From positions 2,592,001 through 2,656,000 of the forward strand of contig CBDIID010000003.1 in assembly GCA_965279515.1 (NCBI GenBank): a stretch of 64,000 nucleotides of DNA. Direction: 5' to 3'. Below are positions 58,094 through 64,000 of this stretch, piece by piece. The DNA is from Turneriella sp. (GTDB lineage: Bacteria > Spirochaetota > Leptospiria > Turneriellales > Turneriellaceae). Made by a program: the position numbers and the translations under genes. Below the pieces are notes generated by a model. That model worked only from the letters and a program-made list of their open reading frames with translations. It did no database searches and was not told the DNA's origin. Numbering within the stretch: position 1 is the stretch's first letter; each line of letters begins with the position of its first letter.

Positions 58094-60667
58094 ATGACAA
58101 CAAATCAACCCCAACAAAAAATGCGGCTCACCGACCGCTTCATGAAAAAATACACTGCATGGATGGTAGCCATACCCGAGTTTTCGTTTCGGCGACGCTG
58201 GTGGGTGATTGGCTTTTTCGTACTCTTTACCGTGGGCTTGGGCTTTGGCCTGCCCAAACTGAAAGTCGACATGACATTCGACACCTGGCTCGACTCAGGC
58301 GATTCGACGCTCGTTGACTATCAGCGCTTCCGCTACTTCTTTGGGTCCGATGAGTACATGATGATCATGTTCAAACCCCAGGGCAAAGAGGTATTCGAGG
58401 CCGATACGCTTAAAAAAGTCAAAGCGCTTGAAGACGCACTCAATAAAAAGCGCTTTGAAAAGGGTTCGCCGCTCAACCGCATCACGCGTATCCGCACGAT
58501 CATTTCGGCTGACTTTCTGGAGTCAAAAGGCGATACCCTAAAAAACCGCAAATTCATCGGTTCAGCCATACCTGACAATAAACAACTGGCAGAAATTAAG
58601 AAATTTGCGATGGCGCAGCGCGACTTTCCGGGAAGCTGGTTTTCCAAGGATAGTCAATTTGGTGCGATTCTGATGCTGACCGACTATGGTGCACGCATTC
58701 AAAAGCTCGATGAGAAGGGCGAAGCCAAACCTTCGACCCCAGAGTTCGATTTTACCGAAACCCAAAACGTAAAGAAAGATCGCAACAAAATTCCCAAAAT
58801 GGAAAGCGCCGATCCGTCGGATTACATGAAGTTCAATGAAGAACTGGGGAAAGTGCTCAAAGAACAGAAATGGGCAAACCCAACTGTCGGCGAACCACCG
58901 TCCCCTTTTATGGAGTACCTCGTGGGCGGCGGGCCGTGGGTCGCGTCATTCTTCATGAACATCATGACATCCCAGATGGGACAAATCATGGGCCTGTCGG
59001 TACTATTGATTTTTGTCACGCTCGCCATCGCATTCCGTTCTTTATCCGCGATGATTTGGCCGACGCTCATCATCATTCTTTCCGTGGTCTGGACCTTGGG
59101 AATTGTCGGCTTATCGAACGTTACGATGACAATGATGATCAATATCGTGGCGATTCTCAATTTGACGGTCGGCATCTCCTCTTCGGTACACATACTTTCC
59201 GGTTATAAGTATTATCTGGTGACCTTGGATAAGCGCGAGGCCCTGATAAAGGCGTATGAAAAATCGGGAGTATCTGTGATGCTCGCAACTCTCACGACGT
59301 TTGCAGGCATCATATCAATGACCGTCGTACCGATTGTGCCGATCCGCAATTTCGCGATCGCGGCATCCTTTGGCATTGTCTTCGCATATGTAGGTACTAT
59401 TTATCTCTTACCATCACTTCTGACCATTTGGGCACCGGGCGCGGCAAAAGATAAAAAGACCGGCGAAAAAATGCAAGGCCTGCTCGAGCGGCAACTGCAG
59501 CGTTTCATTAGCTACATCATCCGCGTCACACACGACCGCCCCAAAACGATCATCGCCATCTTTAGCGTCATTATGTTGCTCAGCCTGACTGGCTACCCCC
59601 GAGTCGTCGTTGACACCAATTTTCTCGAATCCATCAAACCTGGCTTCGGCTTCAAAGAAACCTTTGAAACCCTCGATACACATTTCGGCGGCACAACCAA
59701 CGTCGAAATTATCATCAACACCGGTAAGAACGACGGCCTCAAAGACGTCACTCTTCTGACCGCGATGGACAACCTTGCGCAGCGGGCGAAAAAAGAACGC
59801 CCTGATTTCGTGGCTAAAACCACATCGCTGGTAAACGCCGTCAAAGACTCGAACAAGAATCTCATGAACGGCAAAGAAGAAAATTACAAGATACCGTCTG
59901 ACAACCAGAAGCTCAAACAGGTGCTGCTTATGTACGACTCGGCCGACCCCGAATCGCGCAAACTCTTCGCCGATGACGACTGGGAAAAAGGACGCATCAC
60001 GCTGCAAGTCGTCAATAAGAGCTCGTTCGAATATACAGACTTCCTGACGCAGGTCGAAGGCTGGATGAAGGAATATCTCGAGCCTGTGAAGAAAACGAAC
60101 CCCGAGCTGACCTATTATGCAACGGGGGGTATCCCCATTATGATGCGCCTCACGGGGTTTCTCACGAAGTCGCAGTTACAATCGTTTGGGCTGGCGCTCG
60201 TGATTATCACCGTGATCATGTTCCTCATTTATGGAACCATGCGCTACGGTATTATTGCGATGCTACCGAACATTTTTCCGATCTTGTTAACAGTGGGAGT
60301 GACCGGTTGGTTCAAAATCCCTCTCGACTCCGATACACTTTTAGTTCTGCCGATTGCAATCGGCATTGCGGTCGATGATACAATTCACTTTCTCACGCAC
60401 TACCGCGGCGAACTGTTGGCTGGTCATGGCCGGCTTGAATCCATCAAAACAACGCTGCGCGAAGTCGGTCAGGCGATGATCTTTACTTCGATCATTCTGG
60501 TCACGGGGTTCCTGATTTTTCTCTCGTCGATCTACGTGCCCTTCCGCAATTTCGGATTGTTATCGGCCATAGCCATTTCCAGTGCGCTACTTGCCGACCT
60601 GTTTTTCTTACCGGCCCTACTTGTTGCGTTCGGCCGCACAAATAAAGTTCCAGGAGCAGACACATGA
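58094..60667 (+). CDS. MMPL/RND family transporter
   Basis: Two repeats of TM1-large loop-5TM; IAIGIAVDDTIHF. Confidence 0.9.
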   Translation: MTTNQPQQKMRLTDRFMKKYTAWMVAIPEFSFRRRWWVIGFFVLFTVGLGFGLPKLKVDMTFDTWLDSGDSTLVDYQRFRYFFGSDEYMMIMFKPQGKEVFEADTLKKVKALEDALNKKRFEKGSPLNRITRIRTIISADFLESKGDTLKNRKFIGSAIPDNKQLAEIKKFAMAQRDFPGSWFSKDSQFGAILMLTDYGARIQKLDEKGEAKPSTPEFDFTETQNVKKDRNKIPKMESADPSDYMKFNEELGKVLKEQKWANPTVGEPPSPFMEYLVGGGPWVASFFMNIMTSQMGQIMGLSVLLIFVTLAIAFRSLSAMIWPTLIIILSVVWTLGIVGLSNVTMTMMINIVAILNLTVGISSSVHILSGYKYYLVTLDKREALIKAYEKSGVSVMLATLTTFAGIISMTVVPIVPIRNFAIAASFGIVFAYVGTIYLLPSLLTIWAPGAAKDKKTGEKMQGLLERQLQRFISYIIRVTHDRPKTIIAIFSVIMLLSLTGYPRVVVDTNFLESIKPGFGFKETFETLDTHFGGTTNVEIIINTGKNDGLKDVTLLTAMDNLAQRAKKERPDFVAKTTSLVNAVKDSNKNLMNGKEENYKIPSDNQKLKQVLLMYDSADPESRKLFADDDWEKGRITLQVVNKSSFEYTDFLTQVEGWMKEYLEPVKKTNPELTYYATGGIPIMMRLTGFLTKSQLQSFGLALVIITVIMFLIYGTMRYGIIAMLPNIFPILLTVGVTGWFKIPLDSDTLLVLPIAIGIAVDDTIHFLTHYRGELLAGHGRLESIKTTLREVGQAMIFTSIILVTGFLIFLSSIYVPFRNFGLLSAIAISSALLADLFFLPALLVAFGRTNKVPGADT

Positions 60668-61557
60668 AAAACCTATCCCCACTTCATAGAAAAGGGGGAG
60701 TAAGAATGCTCATCGCATTTTTACTCACACTGCCTTTGGCTGCACAACAGCTTAAGGAGCCCGAAAAGGCGAAAGAGATCGCCTACAAGATGATCAAGCG
60801 CGACGACGGTAAAACCGCGTACAACCGCACCAAGGTCATCACCTGCGCCTTCGATGAACAGGGTGGCAAACGCAAGTGTTCGGGCCAGGCGCGCACGAAA
60901 TCGTTCGAATCGATCAGCAAAGACGTCGGCCAGGCGCTCGAAGACACCATCGGCCTCAGCGTCATCGACGAGCCAGCTGACGAAAAGGGTTCGGCATTCT
61001 TGCAGAAAGATTATGACAAGCCCGGCAAAGACACCGAACAGTGGATGTACCTGCCCGCGCTCAAGAAGCTGAAACGCATCGTCGCTGAGAGCTCCAACTC
61101 TCCTAAGACAGGTACGCTCTTCGGTTCTGAAATTGCCTACGAGGACATCGAGAAGATTCATATCGGCGACTATACGTATTCGCTGATCGGCGAAGAGGTG
61201 GTGGATGGCCGCCCTTGTTACATTCTCGAATCGTATCCGACGGCGGTGCGTGCACCCAAAACTTCATACGGTAAAGGTGTTTCCTGGGTCGATAAATCCA
61301 GCTATCTCACGATCAAGTCCGACTCTTATGACCGCCAGAACCGCCTCGTGAAAACCTTCTTTTCGAAAGACATTGAAATCATCGGCGGCGTGGCCGTGTC
61401 AAAACAACTCATTGTCGTAAACCACAAGAACCGCCGCATGAGCCTGATGAAACTCGAGAAAGTGAAAATCAACGTGCCGATTCCTGAGTCACTCTTTGAT
61501 ACAAGAGCCGTGCAAGATAGCGCGTTCCGCGAAAGCCAGATGGGGTCGGTCCGGTAG
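60664..61557 (+). CDS. Outer-membrane lipoprotein-sorting (LolA-like) protein
   Basis: QWMYLPALKK.KRI, FGSEIAYEDI; true start may be ATG 60706. Confidence 0.85.
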   Translation: MKNLSPLHRKGGVRMLIAFLLTLPLAAQQLKEPEKAKEIAYKMIKRDDGKTAYNRTKVITCAFDEQGGKRKCSGQARTKSFESISKDVGQALEDTIGLSVIDEPADEKGSAFLQKDYDKPGKDTEQWMYLPALKKLKRIVAESSNSPKTGTLFGSEIAYEDIEKIHIGDYTYSLIGEEVVDGRPCYILESYPTAVRAPKTSYGKGVSWVDKSSYLTIKSDSYDRQNRLVKTFFSKDIEIIGGVAVSKQLIVVNHKNRRMSLMKLEKVKINVPIPESLFDTRAVQDSAFRESQMGSVR

Positions 61558-61561
61558 AACG

Positions 61562-61643
61562 CCCCCTCCCATCCTCCCCCAAGTCTGGGGAGGAGACTCT
61601 TTCTCCCTTCCCCCAGACTTGGGGGAAGGGCCGGGGTTAGGGG
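61562..61643. repeat. Inverted REP doublet (REPIN-like), family A variant
   Basis: CCCCCTCCCATCCTCCCCCAAGTCTGGGGAGG then CCCTTCCCCCAGACTTGGGGGAAGGGCCGGGGTTAGGGG; loop regions AAGTCT/AGACTT are complementary. Confidence 0.8.
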
Positions 61644-61657
61644 CGAAATGGTAAGCT

Positions 61658-62992
61658 ATGCGAAAAATATTCCTAACCACATTAATCCTCATCACGGCAC
61701 CGCTTCCCGCGCAGGAATTCGAATTTGAAGAAACGAAGGAAGCAACCGAGGAGAAAACTAAGAAATCCTCGCTGCTGCCTAAGCTGCCCTTGCGCGGTAA
61801 GGTCTCGGCCGAGTTCGGCCGCCAGATCGATAACCGCTGGGTTTTCCTGGGCCCCTTTCTGGGCCTGACGCTCGATCAGCAGAGCTCGTGGGGCCAGATC
61901 TATGGCGAGGCCGCCTTCCGCTACAACGCCTCTTATTCTGTCGAAAAGGACAGCACCTACGTGCGCGAAGGTTACCAGTTCGAAGCGATTCTCGCCGAGC
62001 TTTACTGGAAAAAATCCTTCGACAATGTCAGTATCTCCGCCGGAAAAATCATCACGGTATGGGGCAAGGCAGATATTCTGCCGGTCTCCGATGTGATTTC
62101 AGCGCGCGACGCGACCAAGGCCTTCTTTGCGCAGCCGCAAGAAGCACGTCTCGGTCAAAACACAATTCGTGTCGACTGGTTTTTGCCGAAGCAGGAAATC
62201 CAACTGATTTTTATACCCTACCCGGTGAATACCCGCTACACAGACCGCGATCACCCTTATTCGCTGATTCCCGGTGCGGACATACAAAAGGCACCGACAT
62301 TCGGCCGCGAGGTCGAGGGCGGAGCGCAGTATACGGCTTACCTGGGCGGCGGCGCTGTTTCTGTTTTCGGCGGGCGCTTTTATAACCGTGACCCATTGTT
62401 TAAACTGAACCCGACTGACTTCAGCTTTCAGGCGCAGCACGCGCCCTATGCGACAACAGGGCTCTCCGCGAACTTTCCGCTGTGGGGCATGCTGCTCAAA
62501 TTCGACAGCGCTTACCAGTTCAAGCGCCTCAACCAGACCGCTACGCAGCTGCCAAACCCGGAATGCCCGACGACCTGTAATACGATCACGATGCCCTACG
62601 ATGTCAAGGGTGTCGACACTGCCGGTATCACGGTGGGTATCGACTATAACACGACCGAATACGGCAGCTTCATTCTTGAATACTCTGTAACTGGTCCCAT
62701 GAAAAAAGATCCGGAGTTACTCCGCGACGACCCATTGCAATCGTATGCATTCGGCTATTCGAAAAATTTTCTGCGCGATACGCTGAGTTTTAACTCATTC
62801 GTCTTTACGTTCCTTAAATACAGTAACATATTGTTCCGTTTTAACCTGACGTATAAGATCACAGATGTGATCTCGACCTACCTGCAATACACGGGTATTT
62901 TCATCGCCTCAGGCGATCCGGACCTGCGGATTTTTGATAAATACGACAGGGTGGATTTCCAGCTGTCCTATGCCTTTGATTTAGCGAAATAA
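61658..62992 (+). CDS. Outer-membrane beta-barrel (DUF1302-like)
   Basis: Signal peptide, L.ELY, GK....WG.AD....D; position after MMPL and LolA-like genes. Confidence 0.7.
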   Translation: MRKIFLTTLILITAPLPAQEFEFEETKEATEEKTKKSSLLPKLPLRGKVSAEFGRQIDNRWVFLGPFLGLTLDQQSSWGQIYGEAAFRYNASYSVEKDSTYVREGYQFEAILAELYWKKSFDNVSISAGKIITVWGKADILPVSDVISARDATKAFFAQPQEARLGQNTIRVDWFLPKQEIQLIFIPYPVNTRYTDRDHPYSLIPGADIQKAPTFGREVEGGAQYTAYLGGGAVSVFGGRFYNRDPLFKLNPTDFSFQAQHAPYATTGLSANFPLWGMLLKFDSAYQFKRLNQTATQLPNPECPTTCNTITMPYDVKGVDTAGITVGIDYNTTEYGSFILEYSVTGPMKKDPELLRDDPLQSYAFGYSKNFLRDTLSFNSFVFTFLKYSNILFRFNLTYKITDVISTYLQYTGIFIASGDPDLRIFDKYDRVDFQLSYAFDLAK

Positions 62993-63038
62993 TTTGAACG
63001 TTTTTGCGACTAATAAGTATCTTCAGTGAGGTAACTAA

Positions 63039-63572
63039 ATGAAAACAATGATGCGGATTTTCCTCGTGATTTTTCTTTTGATCGGCGGCCTTCTGGCCTA
63101 TGCCACGACACGCCCGAACGCGTTCCGAGTAGAACGCAACATCGACATCAAGGCGACACCGGCAAAAATTTTTCCTTACATCAACGACCTGCGCAACGGC
63201 CCTGAATGGTCGCCCTGGGAAAAAACGGATCCACAGATGAAGCGCACCTACAACGGCCCCATTGCCGGCAAAGGCGCGGGGTATGCCTGGGACGGTAACA
63301 AAGAGGCCGGTAAGGGCAAGATGACCATCACCGAGAGCGTTCAGAACGAAAGGGTTATCGTTGCGCTCCACTTTGACGAACCGATGGTCGGTGACAATGT
63401 TGTGGAATATATTCTGACGCCTAAAGGCGATCTGACCAACGTCAGATGGGCCATGGGCGGCCCCATGCCCTACATTTCCAAGGTCATCTGCATCTTTATG
63501 GACATGGACAAGATGATCGGCGGCCAATTCGAAAAAGGCTTGCAAAACCTGAAATCCGTGGCTGAAAAATAG
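63039..63572 (+). CDS. Membrane-anchored SRPBCC protein, paralogue of 52746-53282
   Basis: VER.I.I.A.P, WSPW..DP, FEKGL.NLK. Confidence 0.88.
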   Translation: MKTMMRIFLVIFLLIGGLLAYATTRPNAFRVERNIDIKATPAKIFPYINDLRNGPEWSPWEKTDPQMKRTYNGPIAGKGAGYAWDGNKEAGKGKMTITESVQNERVIVALHFDEPMVGDNVVEYILTPKGDLTNVRWAMGGPMPYISKVICIFMDMDKMIGGQFEKGLQNLKSVAEK

Positions 63573-63587
63573 CCTGGATTACCCAAG

Positions 63588-64000
63588 ATGAACGGACACG
63601 ACACCCCTATTGAAAATTTTCCTGAAGGACGCTTCGCCCGCTGGCGCACGATTCTGAATATTGCCTGGCCGCTCATCGTGGCCAACAGCTTCTGGAATCT
63701 GCAGATGACGATCGACAGGCTTTTCCTCGCCGATTATTCCACGGAAGCGATGGGGGCCGCCATCGCGGTGATGGGTATTTTCTGGACGCCAATGGCACTT
63801 TTGCAGCAGACGGCGTCGTATGTGACAACCTTCGTCGCGCAATACTTCGGCGCGAAACGCAATAACATGATTGGGCCGGCCGTCTGGCAGGCGCTCTATG
63901 TCAGTGTGCTCGGTGGTGTTTTGTTTTTAGGATTTATCCCTTTGGCGAAGCCGCTCTTTGGTCTCATGGGACATCCTGCGTCGACTCAGGTTCTCGAGTC
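63588..64000 (+). CDS. MATE family efflux transporter, 3'-truncated by window edge
   Basis: ILNIAWPLIVAN, IDRLFL, TFVAQYFGA. Confidence 0.88.
   Translation, partial: MNGHDTPIENFPEGRFARWRTILNIAWPLIVANSFWNLQMTIDRLFLADYSTEAMGAAIAVMGIFWTPMALLQQTASYVTTFVAQYFGAKRNNMIGPAVWQALYVSVLGGVLFLGFIPLAKPLFGLMGHPASTQVLE

Noticed and set aside
60676..60699. Degenerate TCCCC...GGGGA hairpin at the LolA-like gene start
   Set aside because: Too degenerate to assign to family A; may simply provide the RBS for ATG 60706.

Overview
Bacterial chromosomal window, most likely from a Leptospiraceae spirochaete (Turneriella-like), inferred from a clear OmpL1 porin homologue. It holds: (i) regulator/detoxification modules at 0-8.4 kb; (ii) core genes recA, ccmAB, meaB, tRNA-Ser(GGA), truB, HU, rpmB, a DegT aminotransferase and an Orn/Lys decarboxylase; (iii) an outer-membrane protein cluster (beta-barrel, ompL1, lipoprotein); (iv) a lone IS200-type Y1/HUH transposase (RAYT-like) bracketed by GGAATTAATTCC palindromes; (v) an AAA+ ATPase and a PP2C/anti-sigma partner-switch cluster; (vi) a desC-desB desaturase pair; (vii) a stand-alone PLD-nuclease/SF2-helicase fusion; and (viii) a >16 kb co-directional ArsR-led run with 8 SRPBCC genes, VOC, DoxX, GST, an AAC(3)-I-like acetyltransferase, an MMPL-LolA-like-barrel triad and a MATE pump. 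The most striking signal is three families of short palindromic repeats (RAYT-type AATTAATT, CCCCTCTCC/GGAGAGGGG, and CA-NGGA-TG hairpins) that occur repeatedly in frame inside apparently intact genes, contributing peptide segments and stop codons. Other oddities: a circularly permuted PafA-type phosphatase, a truB that seems to need an ATT start, a STAS gene starting 9 nt after a tRNA, and a DUF1428 remnant. All family calls come from motif recognition by eye, without database searches.
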